Source of the DNA: Octopus sinensis | Lineage: Eukaryota | Assembly (NCBI RefSeq): GCF_006345805.1 | Contig: NC_043001.1 | Span: 85,250,001 to 85,314,000 of the forward strand | DNA length: 64,000 nt | Reading direction: 5' to 3' | Translations under genes and position numbers: made by a program | Shown: positions 41,976-56,138 of the stretch, one piece after another | How positions within the stretch are numbered: the first letter of the stretch is position 1 | Layout: the number at the start of each line of letters is the position of its first letter | The notes under the pieces: generated by a model | Database searches by the model: none | Told to the model about the DNA's origin: nothing | Seen by the model: the letters and a program-made list of their open reading frames with translations, nothing else

Positions 41976-42634
41976 GTATGTATGTATGTATGCATGTATG
42001 AATAAACTTAGTGTACCTACAAACATGTCAAATTTGCCTGTTTTTTTGTTGCTTAAACATTGTGCATCGGCTTAATCAGTTTTCGACCCTTTCATCAGAA
42101 GTAATAGCTTCCTTACGAACCACATAGTTCCGGGTTCAGACCCACTGCGTGGCACCTTGGGCAATTTTCTTCTACTATAGCCTCGGGCCGACCAAAGCCT
42201 TGCGAATGAAAAGAAGTCCGTCGTATATATGTATATGTATATGTGTGTGTGTGTATGTTTGTGTGTCTGTGTTTGTCCCCCAACATCGTATGACCTCCAA
42301 TGCTGGTGTGTTTAGGACCCCGTAACGTAACGGTTCGGCAAAAGAGACCGATAGAACAAGTACTAGGCTTACAAAGAATAAGTCCTGAGGTCGATTTGCA
42401 CTACTAAGGGTGGTGCTCCAGCATGGTCACACTCAAATAACTGAAACAAGTAAAAGAGTAAAAGAGTAAAAAAGATCTCTTGACCGATCTATGAGCTGAA
42501 ATTTGGAACTCTTCGCTTAAAACTATCTGGAAATCATCGACGTTTTAACTACTTCGACGATGAACATCTTTTATCAACGTTGTTGCTTTTACTTTTCACT
42601 AATAAATCTTTAATGTTTTGTTTATTCAATCCAG

Positions 42635-42730
42635 AGATGCCTTGCTGTATGATGCCAATACTTGAAGTCGACAGTAGATACCAAATCCCGCAGAGTATGT
42701 CTATTTCTCGTTACCTTGCTCGAGAATTTG
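42635..42730 (+). CDS. S-crystallin B exon 2
   Basis: aatccag|AG ATG CCT...TTT G|gtaagt; [33 protein letters not shown]. Confidence 0.96.
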
Positions 42731-43299
42731 GTAAGTACATATGATCAGTAATATCTGTAACCTATAAGATTTGCCACATACTACCTATATACATACCATG
42801 AACAATATCTTAAGTCTAAATCCTTACTTTTAGTCTGACTTTCAGTTCAGTTCTACTTTAGAACTACAGTTTTATGTTGCTCACCACAAGAACCCCAATC
42901 TTCGAGAAATTTGGTGAGACTTGTATTTGTACTAGTTGAAATCAATGCTTGTTTCTTCAGTGTCTGTCATGAGAATTTTTGATAAGAATATCCGTCAGAG
43001 GTCTCTGTCCGTCTGGCGTTTTTGTTGATGCTATTGTTATTCTTTAACCACAACTCGATACTGACAGAACAGACCACTGTTCAGAAGACACTTACCTGAA
43101 GCCATATTGTCTTTTTCTTGGAAGTTGTACTGTGTACACCACATAATTTAACGCATCTTTAATTTAAGACAAGAAGGTCAATGGACAGTCTGATGCTATT
43201 TCTGGCAACTGACAAGGTGTTTGATCACTATCGTGTGTCTTAAGTGTTTGATCTTGTAATAAGTGTTTGATCTTGTAATTGTCCCTTGAAACATCATAG

Positions 43300-43545
43300 A
43301 ATATATATACAGAGCTATCTTAGACCCTCGCTATTCAACTCTGATGTGACCCAGGGTTCAGTTTTGTCTACCGACCCCCTCCAAATAAATTATTTATTTT
43401 CCATCGCTTCCAACGACCATCACCACTCTTACAGAGATGAAAACATCGTTCATTGTCCCTTAAATTTACAAGTCATAACTGTAATTACATCATGAATAGA
43501 GTGTCCGAAAATATTCTCCTTCAACAAAACAAATACTGCAAACCC

Positions 43546-43579
<34 letters not shown>

Positions 43580-44170
43580 TGTTATGTGCCCGCCTTCCTT
43601 AAATATAGAGTGCACGTAAATTGAACTCGAGCTTACAATTACAAATGCTAGGCCACACATCAACAGAGTATCTTCCTTGACAAATACATATATTCATTAT
43701 ATCACAGATTGCATTAAAATGTCTGGTATTCCTGTTCAGGTTCGTAAAATAATAGAAAATCAACTAACCCTGTATAAATCTCAGGTGAACCCCAGAATGG
43801 GGTACTAAACAAATATCATAGATCACATGATGAGAAATGCTATTCGCCTCAATGCTATGAAGTGATTCACCAATAAATTCCAACCTTTGGCCTAAATACT
43901 TCCTGTCTTCTCTCTCTCTGCCTATTCTTCTGTAATTCAGTAAACCTCTTTTTTCGGAGTTGGCTGATCACCTGATACTTTCATATACCTATTCTCGATT
44001 CACACTTTCTTCTTCACATTCGCAGACACCCCACTACTAGGATCCGTACTATTCATTCCACACAATCCATTTTTCCAAGATTGTCAGCCCTTTGGAATTT
44101 TTCTTTGCTAGTGGCCTTCTTGAAGCTGTTGGCAGATAACTGTTCAGGTGGAACATTAAGGCTGTCCATC
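43300..44170 (+). mobile_element. Highly decayed CR1/L2/Jockey-group LINE RT 3' fragment
   Basis: NSDVTQGSVLS (GVPQGSVL), HSYRDE (YADD), and near the 3' end RT...SIFPRLSALWN. Confidence 0.65.
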
Positions 44171-47100
44171 GCAGCTGCTTCCTATAGAAGATTATCATTT
44201 CTAGCGGATAGAATGACTACGAGAAGTATTAACTAAGTTTGAAAATCATATCCTACCATAATAGGAAAGAAAACAGACTTTGAATAACACAGTCCCAGAT
44301 ATATTGCATGAAATAAAGACAGAATGATTGCAGCTGGTTTACGTTTGAGCATAGATCTGATCATTCAAATCTCACTTGTCATTACACAACAACTAAGGAA
44401 TCCAGATATAATAATAAGGTATTAAGATCCTCTCCTTTATCAGTTGTTTTCTTGAGATCTGGGATTGCTCTCAACATGTGTTAAATATCTTTCAAATATC
44501 TCAAACGACATTTCTCCCAGTAGAATTACACTTTGTGTAAAATGATATAACTGGATGAGTTTGATCGTAGATGGTGCGAAACTATAACTACATTGCTCGC
44601 AACTGTAGTTTACATATTAGTAAGCGCCAATTATTCACGTTTCTTCATTCCTTATTCGTTCCTTATCATTCGCTAATAACGTTAAAGGTTATTCTGTAGG
44701 TCTGACCTATAAAGTGGAGTGGTTAATTAAAATCATATCTAAGCAATACATTTGCACCAAGGACGCTACGTTTCTGTCACCTGTATCTGTATAATTCTCT
44801 GTTGTAATAATATCAATTAAGTAGAATAATAAGGAAGAAATTCTAATGATAATGATTATTGCAAATGTCTGCACAATGCGATTGTACTTACTTTATCGAA
44901 TGCTTGATAGCAAAATAAAACGCAGATGGATTTAAATTCGTATCATAAAAATGTAGTGAAATGCATTAGTATATTTTTTCACATTTTATTCTATTTTCAT
45001 CTTTTAGTCAGTAAGTGTGGGACTCCGAAACTAATGGGGAGAAAGTGCAAATTATCCCGGAGGCAAATAACTGGCTTGAATGCATACAACGGCGGTGGCA
45101 ATTATAGTGTTATGTGGTTTTGTTAAACTAGGCGTCATGTTAAGTCTACTACCCAAAAACGTCATGGTAGCATTTCAAATCAGAAGGCAAAATCTGGAAT
45201 AAATCCTGCACCGCATTTGGTCTGAAGTTCTTACACATCTAGCAGCACCTTGCCTTGGATTGGTACTTCGTTTATCATCCTCGAAATGAGATAGGCAATG
45301 TCTATCTTGGTATAATTTGAACTCGAAGCACAGCGAGTAGGAGCAGCTATCGCAAAACATTTTATCCGAGACTAACGAATCTGCCACTTCGCTAGGTAAC
45401 CTACAGCAATTTACAACACGAAAATGATACCATCGATTATCAAACGCTTAAAGCCATATCAATAAATATTTATTTATCATTCTACATAAACAATAGAAAC
45501 ACACTAGTTTCTTATTTCAGAGGTCATATTTATTCAGTTAAAACTTTTGTCAAGGATGTCGTCCCACTCATTAAACAAAACTCAAAATAAGATTTTATAA
45601 TAATCTGCCTGTTAAAAGCAACAAGCTAGCAGAATCATTATTACGCAAGACAAAATCTTAACAGTGTCTCGTCTGGCTTTACGTCCTCAGTTCAAATTCC
45701 ACCAAGGTTAAACTTGCTCTTAATCCCTTTCAGGGTCGATAAAATAACTACCACTTGAGTACTGAGTTCTGTGTAATCTACTAGCCCTCCCCAGCCCATC
45801 AAAATTCAGGCCTTTTGCATATATTAGAAAAGATGTTCGTAACAAGCCTTTAACTTAACTCAAAATATCATTTTTCTTTTGAATTCCTCTGACGCAAACT
45901 GTTCATGAATGCCATTAGGTTTTAAATCCCTTGCGTATTTACTATCAGCGCTAAATTGCTTAAAAATACAATATCTTTTAATTCACCACCGCATATTACC
46001 GTTATAGCAACCCGAATATCTTCAAAATTCATCAATGTCATCAATGTATTTTGTCTATTTGTGATTTTTGGTAATTCATTAAGATAACTAATATTTGTTG
46101 TTTACCTCGCTTCTAGTTTAAAACATATTATACAGCCATTTATGATACCATCACAGACCCTTATTATGAATTTACTTTAAACACCACATCGAAATATATC
46201 ACTTATATATACACCTCAACTACTTACAAAAGTTAAGTCTAACGTATTAGTTTCTTTTTGAAATCAATGCTGATGATTATTCTGATAAAAGATGTATTTC
46301 ATGCCGAATTCTTTGAAATCTATCATAATGGTATACTATTTAGACATAAGCCCGGTTTCTAGTAATAACAATGAAATATTCGCAAATAGTTTGCAGAATT
46401 AGTTGTTTCTAAAGAGACAGTTGCACAGTTGATAATTAGAATATTATACTACTAAATGCTTTTCGCATATGAAGTATACAAAAATAACTTTAGCAGACAG
46501 CTAACATAATTTTCACCTAGAAGATTATGCAGATATTTTGCAAATGGTTTTGCTTTGAAATTTTATAGCAGTGGCGCATTCCTTTTTTGTAAAATACCTC
46601 GTTAAGTTTGCGACATGAGTATATATTTTGGTGAGCGCTAAGAGATATATTTCAAAAGTAATCTAATATTTTTGCCAAACAGATGCACTAAATATGCAAA
46701 ACATTTTCGATGTTACAAAATCTTTAAGCAGAATATAATGACTCCTTTTTATTAAATGCCTAGTTAAGTATACTATATGAGTGTATATTCTGGTGTGTGA
46801 TGATAAATATATTTGCAAACTGATCTAATATTTTTACCAGATAGTTACACAAAATATGCGAAACGTTTTCTATGTTTTAAAATCGCTAAACATAATTTAC
46901 AGACCATTCCGTCATTGAGAACACAAATTCGATTCAAAGACACCATCAATAAACCTGATCAATTATCCCCAGATTTACTTCATATTCAAATAAAAAGTAT
47001 GGCATCGTTTAAAAATTACCAAATCGGAATAAAGCACAGAATTTTATAATACGATTTCATCTCTACTTCTCATTTTTATTCAATCCGTTCTACATTCTCC

Positions 47101-47773
47101 GAAAATCATCAATATTCATTAAAAAAAAAATTAATAAATAGCTGATTTGCATAATAGAAGTAACTCGTGGTCTTTTGAAAAACTATGCCGAATCATGATT
47201 TGCATTTGATAATTGGAAATCCGATCTTTAAAGTTCAACACATAATCCTCCACCCAGTCAAATACCACTCTATGGATTACGATTGAAAGTAACAATTTCA
47301 ATTCAAATATTCTTCACATGTTTTTACCAAATCATTGTACAATAAAGATGACTGCAAGTGACTCATCATCTCTGCATGACTGAGTGAAATATTCAATAAT
47401 GATTTGTTAATTAAAGCTAACCTTTATATACAGACAAAAGTGACGTAAACCTCCAGTCAATTATAATGAAATCCATGCTAGAAATATCAACTGTCCATTA
47501 AACGATGTTAATTATGTTCTATTCTCATTTCTTTTGGCCTATTCAATCTCTTTTTTCAAATGCATTTATAATGCAAGAAACGTACCCGATGTCCATTTAC
47601 AATATGTTGACTGTAATAACAGTATTCTTCCTTCCACCTTTTATTCATCATCCAATAAGTGATTTCACAGTTCAAATCTTAGATAGGCGATTGAATTGGC
47701 CTCCAAATAAGATAAATTTGCAAAAAGAGCTCCGTTATTATTGTTGCTGCTGTTGTTATTATTATGATTGTTA

Positions 47774-48580
47774 AGGCGGCGAGCTGGCAAAATCGTTAGC
47801 ACGCAGGGTGAAGTGCATAGAGGTATATCGCCTGTCGCTAAGTTCTGAGTCGACTTTGCCTTTCATACTTTCGGTGATGATAAGTTAATTACCAGTGAAA
47901 CTCTGGGGTTGATGTAATCGATTAATCCCCTCCCTCAGAATTTCAGGCTATGTTAGTATAGTAGAAATAATTCTTTTAACTATACGCGGCGAAAGAAAGG
48001 CGGCGAGATGGCAGAAACGTTAGCACGCCGGGAGAAATGCGTAGCCGTATTTCGTCTGCCGTTACGTTCTGAGTTCAAATTCCGCCGAGGTTGACTTTGC
48101 CTTTCATCCTTCGGGATCGATAAATTGGGTACCAGTTACGCACTGGGGTCGATGTGATCGACTTAATCAATTTGTCTATCCTTGTTTGTCCTCTCTGTGT
48201 TTAGCCCCTGTGGGTAGTAAAGAAATAGGTATTTCGTCTGCCGCTACGTTCTGAGTTCAAATTCCGCCGAGGTTGACTTTGCCTTTCATTCTTTCGGGAT
48301 TGATTAAATAAGTACCAGTTACACACTGGGGTCGATATAATCGACTTACTCCGTCCGTCTGTCCGTGTTTGTCCTCTCTGTGTTTAGCCCCCTGTAGATA
48401 ATAAAGAAATAGGTATCTCGTCTGTCTTTACGTTATGAATTCAAACTCCGCCGAGGTTGACATTGCCTTTCATCCTTTCGGGGTCAATAAATGAAGTATC
48501 AGTTACGCACTGGAGTCGATATAATCGACTTCATCTCTTTGTCTGTCCTTGTTTGTCCCTTCTATATTTAGAAATAAGAA
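47774..48580 (+). mobile_element. Cluster of tRNA-SINE family 2 (Meta/MESC-like core), including a head-less tandem trimer
   Basis: Head GGCGGCGAGCTGGCAGAAACGTTAGCAC, B box GAGTTCAAATTCC, core GTCGACTTTGCCTTTCATCCTTTCGGGGTCGATAAA; body restarts at 48047, 48229, 48413. Other copies at about 2294, 8367, 15285, 27000(-), 34270(-), 36170, 45625, 49255, 61411, 62545. Confidence 0.85.
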
Positions 48581-48686
48581 AGAATTATTATTATTATTAT
48601 TATTATTATTATCCCGAAAGATGGCAAACTGCGGCTAGCACGGTCGCCCGTTGCTCCGCCGCCCTAACGTGCCCGAAATCGAAAGA

Positions 48687-48740
<54 letters not shown>

Positions 48741-49469
48741 GGCAGCGAGCTGGCAGAAACGGTAGCAAGTCGGGCGTAATGCCTAGCGCTATTTCTTCCG
48801 TTTTTAATGTTCTGAGTTCAAACTATGAGGCAGTTTCAGCTCATGGAGATGAGGAAAACTATTCTCAGGTTGAAAATCCAAATGATTGCACCAATGTTAT
48901 TGCGGCAACAACAACAACGCCAAAAACAAACATAAAAAGCAACAATAACAGTAAGAAGAACAGCGACATTAGCAGCAACAATACCAGCAATGACATTATC
49001 AGTAACATCAACATCAACAACAGCAATAACAACAACGATGGTTACCATAGCAATTTCTAAAAACACAACCATCAACAACACTCGAATAACTGCACCAGCG
49101 ACAACCAGAAGAAATGCCTCCGAATTCGATTTTGCATTTCTTTCTTCGGAGTCGATCAAATATGTAGCGGTTGTACACTGAGTTCAATGTAATTGATTAG
49201 AACCCACTACCAAAATTTCAGGCGGTTACCTACAGCAGAAATGATTATTATTGAGGTGGGGAACTATCAGAATTATTACAACACCGGACAAAATGCTTAG
49301 TGGCATATATTCCGGCTTAACGTTCCGATTTGCCTTTCACCCATTTGAAGTCGATATAAAAAGTAACAGCTGAGCATTGGAGTCAATGTTATCGACTTAC
49401 AACTTCATCCGAAATTGGTGTCCTTGTTCCAATATTTGAAATGTTTAATATTATGTATTATCATTGTAG

Positions 49470-49585
49470 GTTTCCATGGAAAGAATAACATGGAAATGGC
49501 CAGAATCGACTATATCTCAGACTGTTTCTACGATATCATGGATGACTACATGAGAATGTACCAAGACAATAATGGAAGAATGATG
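49470..49585 (+). CDS. S-crystallin B exon 3
   Basis: cattgtag|GT TTC CAT...ATG ATG|gtaagc; [38 protein letters not shown]. Confidence 0.96.
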
Positions 49586-52080
49586 GTAAGCCAGAACACG
49601 TTTTACTTTTATTCGTTATTCAGTCCTTCACGAGTCCACCTCACTTGACGTTTATTCATGTTGACTTTTCCTTTGTTTGATAAATAGACAACTTTGCTCG
49701 GCAGGAAGATTATCAAAAGTCATTTATTTCTAACATATTTAGTGAAGACGCGTGGCTTAGTGGTTAGGGGCATTCGTCTTATGATCGTAAGATCGTGAGA
49801 TCAATTCCCAACAGCGCGTTGTGTCCTTGAGCAAGACACTTTATTTCACGTTGCTCCAGTCCACTCAGCTGGCAAAAATGAGTAGTACCTGTATTTCAAA
49901 GGGCCAGCCTTGTCACGCAGTGTCACGCTGAATCTCCCCGAGAACTACGTTAAGGGTACACGTGTTTGTGGAGTGCTCAGCCACTTACACGTTAATTTCA
50001 CGAGCAGGCTGTTCCGTTGATCGTATCAGCTGGGACCCTCGTCGTTGCAACCGATGGAGTGCTCCTACTTACTACTCCTACAAACATATATTTGCACGCA
50101 ATAAAATATTATGTGCACACACTCACAGATGCTTGTGTGTTTGTGTGTGTGTGTGTGTGCGCGTGCGTGTGAATGTATATATGTGGAAGCCCATGGTTTT
50201 GTGGTTAGGATGTTGCACTCACGATTGCAAGATCATGGTTTCAATTCCCAGACCGGGCTTTGCGTTGTGTTCTTGAGTAAAAGCACATCATTTCAGACTG
50301 TCCTACGATCATTTCGCCATCTAACATGTGGCAAATAGTGCACCTGTATCGGTAACATCGATTTAATGCAGTGAGCTTATGTGAACACAGATATTTGTTC
50401 GTTCGGCAAGAAATTGCCGTAACCTTTTAAGTCGTCTAATGACGTGACATTACGTGATATGTCGCAATAGATTGATACATATATGCATAGATGTGTGTGC
50501 ACGCGCGCGTATGTTACTTTTGGATTCGAAAACTGAGTTGCCGATTTTGAAGCATGAGATAACAAAAGATTCAGTAATCTTTCGGCTACCAAACAAAGTA
50601 TGATCATTGCACAACACCTTTTACAACACTACGCCATATGCCCACGGGCATATGTCTATATGAATGTATGCATATACGTATGTACGTGCATAAATAATAT
50701 GCATTCACGCACATACACACACACACAGCACACACAGATATACTCATACATATATATGTGTCAATATAAGTATATATGTACAGATAAGTGTGTGTATACA
50801 CGCACACGCGTATATTCAAGTATAATTCTCATTCATTCCCATTTTCCTTTAAAACCTTTTACTTAGACCTTTACAATTATGAATCCATTTACATTCACCG
50901 ATTACTCAGTTTCTTGAGAAATAATTTTTTTATTGTATAGCTGAGTGTGAGGATGTGAATTAGACTGAAGGATTGGCGAGAAGTAGAGAGTAACGTCATT
51001 AAGAATTATAGAAGCGGTTTGAGAAATATTGTTTTAAACTAGAAATAACCACGCCTCCGATAACCCTCATTGGCTTTTTGGATCATGCGTCTAAGTTCGT
51101 CCAAATTTTGTCAATAATCCAAACTTTAATTAAAAAAATACGAAATGATTATTTTCAATTTATGACACGAAATCCGTTTCATTTAGTTGAATTTAGACCC
51201 TGACCATTAACAGGATCCATAAGGGCTTTATTTTTAACAACAGGGCTTTCTTCGTGATTTCATAACTATGAAAATTCCCTCTTTTTTTTGGGATTACGAC
51301 TTAGAATTTTAACCATAATTCAAAAATGACGTGATCGACTGGTCGTGAAATCGTAATGGAAAGTTTCTTTTACTATTATGGTTGGTAAGCGGTAGGAAGT
51401 GAAACACCACAAACTATTTGTTTATAAAAGACCTGTCAAGATAAAATACAAAGCCTGTAACGGTTCTTTCCCCTTAAGGAGACGATTCACCTTCAGTGTC
51501 ATCGTATAGTAGTCACTCTCTCTCTCTGACCTTACTCATACTCCGTAGCAACGGAGTTAGATATCCATGTGTAAGAAAACGCTGGCCGAATACTGAATGC
51601 TACATTAAACTGAAGATGAAATATCATGACGAGAAAAAGTGTATAGGACCCTTATACTAAGTCATACACATTACACAAGCAATAAGGAAATACGACCAGA
51701 GACCCCGTATTCCTACCCCAAAATAACGAACGGGGCTTGTACGTTGTTTGGATAGAAAACGTAAAATGGGTATAAAAAAACAACCACAGACAAGACATAT
51801 CCGACACTCAAAAATGGAAACATAGCTGAAAGAAAGACGCCTAATAACAGCAACAATAACGTTTCCGACAAAATATGTTGGAGAAATTACTATTCTTATT
51901 CATATTGAGTACAATTTGTCTTATGTATTTCGGAATCGAATTACGAATATACCAGCCATTAGGTGAGATCGATATAAATCCAAACTGCGCTTCTGTCAAA
52001 AGATTAAGTTAGGAATCGCTACAATTATTAAACGTATCTTATTATTGTTGTTTGCTGTATATATGTGTCTGTGTGTGTAT

Positions 52081-52119
<39 letters not shown>

Positions 52120-52196
52120 TACAGATACACGCACACACGCACACATATACATATGTACGTACACACATTCACACACTTATAGTTATAGGATATATA

Positions 52197-53432
52197 TTAG
52201 GCCATGCTATAAATAATGCAGCTTTTTAAATTATATGAACTAAAAGTCGGAGGGGGACAGGATAAACTACATGCATCAACTTGCATAAAAGCAGGTAGTA
52301 ATTTTTATCCTTATTCTTATCAGTAGTGCAAGTTTGCAAGAAATTTTAACAGTTATTTTTTCAAATCTATAATGGAAATGATAAAGGAGCGTATTCGGGA
52401 TATTTAAGGTAACAACGGAACGGAAAGTGCGAGGAATATCAATGCAGTATATGGAGACTGGACAATAAACGTAAGCCAGTGTTAGCAGTGATTTCAGATG
52501 TTCCGAACCGGAAACTACATCCTAAAGAAGTGTCTCGTTCTAGAAGAACTTTAGAGCTCAACGAGGACATCCTGCAAACCCTGGTGGAACAAAAGTGTTC
52601 AGGAACTAGCAGAGAAGCTTGGATTAGGTCATTCAACCATTCATCGACACCTGCGTGCCATCGGAAAATCCAGTGAATTGGGTCAATGGGTTTCTCACAG
52701 ACTTTCCGAGTCTAATCGCTCACAGAGAATGAATGTGTGCTCTTCTTTGCTGTCACTTCTCACAAATGAACGTTGTTTTAGACCGAGTAGAGACTGGTGA
52801 CGAGAAATGAGTTCTCTATAAAAATGTCAAGCCCCGAGTCTGTGGGTAAGTAAGGGAGAAACACCGGCGCCCCAGGCTAATGGTCACGTAAGACATTGTT
52901 ATCCATTTGGTGAAATATTAAAGGTTTAGTGCACTCTGAACTTTTGAACGCAAACCAAACTATAACAAAGGAGATCTACAACGAGCACCTTGAGCGACTT
53001 AAGTCAGCGCTAGGAGAAAAACGACCATCTTTGTTTTCAAGAGGAAAGGTGTTCTTCCATCAGGATAATACACGGTCACATACAGCGAGAATGACATTCC
53101 AAATGCTGGAGCAGTTTGAATGGGAAACGATGCCCCACCAACTATTTTGGACGTTAATTACCCCATCTGATTATCATTTATTCTGCAGTCTTCAAAACCA
53201 TTTGGACGGGAAAAAATATGAATTCTGTAGACGAGGAAAGTACAGTATTGGAGTAGTATTTTTCGTGCCGGACAAGTGAATTTTAGAAGAGGGGCCTTGC
53301 AAGACTAACCAGATAGATGGTAGAAAATGAAGGAGGGTATATCTTAGATTTAAAAGAAATTTGTTTATATAAATTTAAAAAACAAAAAAAAACAGAAGTA
53401 TAAAAAACCGCATTATGCATAAGATGACCCAA
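52197..53432 (+). mobile_element. Near-full-length (1236 bp) decayed mariner (Tc1/mariner, DD34D-type) transposon
   Basis: TA-flanked imperfect TIRs TTAGGCCATGCTATAAATAATGCAGCTTTT / AAAACCGCATTATGCATAAGATGACCCAA; motifs GQWVSHRL, TGDEK*VLY, HQDNTRSHT, PSDYHLF; multiple stops and frameshifts. Confidence 0.92.
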
Positions 53433-53437
53433 TACAG

Positions 53438-53478
<41 letters not shown>

Positions 53479-53752
53479 CATCTATCTATCGATCGATCGA
53501 TCTATCTATCTATCTAGATGTGTGAGTGGGTGCGTGTGCCTGCGCGTGTGTCCGTGCGAGCGTGTGTATAATTGTGTGCGAATGTATGTATTGTTTTTGT
53601 ATATGCGCAAATGGCTCTGATGTATGAAAAATAGCTATTCGACTACATTCTCATGACACGCACCCAAATTAACATTTTATAAATCCGCAGTAATGGGTTT
53701 ATATTTTTATACGCCTTCAATGTGATTAATCTTGTTTCCTTTTATCATTCAG

Positions 53753-53782
53753 TTTCAGCGTTCAAACAACATGAACATGTCA
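53753..53782 (+). CDS. S-crystallin B exon 4, 30-nt microexon (loop insertion)
   Basis: ccttttatcattcag|TTTCAGCGTTCAAACAACATGAACATGTCA|gtaagt; FQRSNNMNMS; phase 0-0. Confidence 0.88.
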
Positions 53783-54298
53783 GTAAGTAAATCCTTTAAA
53801 ATGTTTCCTCTCGTCACTATGCTTCATATTATCAAAAAGAAAAAATAAATTCGGGAACAATATTTCATAGAAACTCAGTGAGTTGTCACAAAGAAAAGAT
53901 AAAGTACAAATTTTATACACATATACAGACATATACTTTTAAGCATGTATATATATATATATATATATATGCATGCTTGTATGTAAGTGAAGTCTGTAAT
54001 AGTGTAAGGGTCTATATTTTTAATATTTTGTTACTTTTCATTACTCAATATCTTTTCCTTGCGAATACTGTCTTGTTAAATATTTATCAAATCCAGGAAG
54101 TACGGACTTGAATGTACTTGCGAAGGCACATAAATTTGGCAATAAAGCTGCATCGTATTAATGTATGACACACATGCACACGCACACACACACACACACA
54201 CAGGCACACACACAGACAGACACACAAACATATTTACATATAGATTTTTAATGTCATAAATAAATAAATGTGCATATATACGTATATATATATATACT

Positions 54299-54337
<39 letters not shown>

Positions 54338-54385
54338 ATAAATATATATATGTATGTATATATATATATATATATATGTATGTAT

Positions 54386-54416
<31 letters not shown>

Positions 54417-54775
54417 CATATATATATGTATATATATGTATGTATTTATATATATATATGCACACACAGACATACACACACACACAACAGCCATACACAT
54501 ATGAATATATTTGCATAAATTCCTCCGAAAAGTTGTAGTCACCATATACAAATACCTCCATATGGATACAGGCATATTGCTGCATGTAAGTGTATATGTA
54601 TATTCTGTTCATTTCACGCTGATACAGATATATTTCATCCACCTTTTCTTTTTTTTGTTGACATTGAAGTGAAGGCTGCTGAAGTTACATACTGCTTTTA
54701 TATATGCATACATACTCACACACACACATAGACAATAAGAAAACCAATTCATAGAAGCATATATACATATATATG

Positions 54776-54819
<44 letters not shown>

Positions 54820-55202
54820 AATGAATGAATGTATATATATATATACAAGCACTGGTATATATGAATTCATAGATGCATTTATAGTCGTATGATGTTACAA
54901 ACTTTGGAGTGTGTAAATATATTTAAATATTCTGTTTATTTAATATTTTTATGTTTATACAATGACGCTTTTTGTGTTAACATGGGAGTGAAGGCAGCTG
55001 ACGTCGCATAACACTTTTACCCAAACACATACGTATTTACATGTACATATTTTATATACTATACTATATTCATATACTATGTATGCTTACCTGTTTATAT
55101 ACAGTTGTATGATGTTTCAAAGCTATAAATATCGTGAATTTCCACTGCTATTCATCATTGTTCTTATCAACTGATTTGTTTATTTTGTGTTTTCTATTGA
55201 AG

Positions 55203-55310
55203 TCTGATAGGCGTATGAGATTTCAGGAAACCTGTCGCAGAATACTTCCATTCTTAGAGAGAACTTTGGAGATGCAAAATGGAGGTAGCAGATTCTTCAT
55301 GGGTGATAAC
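55203..55310 (+). CDS. S-crystallin B exon 5
   Basis: tttctattgaag|TCT GAT...GAT AAC|gtaagt; [36 protein letters not shown]. Confidence 0.95.
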
Positions 55311-55942
55311 GTAAGTGATAAATATCATAAGAATAATTTCAAATATAGTTGTTTGTTTGTCTGTTTTCAAGGTGGATGGCGGGCGATGTGAATGCCATTA
55401 TATGAGTATATCTGCAAAACTTGTTTTAAGTTAGCAAGTGATCGATTTTACTAAGTATGTCACATTTCGTGTAATCTCAGCTAGGGATCAGATGCTGTAA
55501 AGTTGACCAAATATACATATTGACATTCTATAGAGTTGAAATTGTGACGTTGACTGACATCATTTTAAGTCTCAAGTCTAAGATTGCTTAGAGAAAACAC
55601 ATTTTTCTGCCAGGACTGTAACTTAGAATCTCACAAGAATGACTAAGATGACGAATAGTTCCTGCTAAGTTGCATTTTTCTTTAATATTTGGTTTCCCGA
55701 GAAATTAGAATAGAATTTAATCAGCAACAACTTCTCAAAAATTCTCTGATTTGATTTCATTTGTTTCTCCGCCATTCAACGCCCTCACACCGATTTCATT
55801 CCATTTATTTCTCTGCCATTCAACGCCCCCCCCCCCAGTTCCTGTGTGATATTCGCTTAATGTTAGAAAACCAGATCAAATTTTTAATATACCAGTGATT
55901 GGTAACGATGGTTGTGGTGACATAGGGAGCTGTTGTGGCATG

Positions 55943-56069
55943 TATGCGGGGGTACTGAAAAGTTCCTGGCTTTAAACGTGTCACGAAGTGCCTGTTTGGA
56001 GACCCAACCTTCAAAGTTATTATACAGGGATTAGAAAAAACTGAAAGACCGCTGCAGTAAGTGTGAGAA

Positions 56070-56070
<1 letters not shown>
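55943..56070 (+). mobile_element. Probable mariner-derived MITE fragment
   Basis: TA then GCGGGGGTACTGAAAAGTTCCTGGCTT (mariner-like end) followed by a mariner C-terminus-like GLEKTERPLQ*VC; cut by (TA)n. Confidence 0.45.

Positions 56071-56138
<68 letters not shown>

Noticed and set aside
42071-42101. Minus-strand cuu CUGAUGA aaggguc GAAA acug AUU aag
   Set aside because: Core words are present but stems II and III do not pair, so it cannot be distinguished from chance
48779-49181. Asn/Thr-rich ORFs
   Set aside because: Degenerate (AAC/AGC)n tract interrupting a SINE inside gene B intron 2
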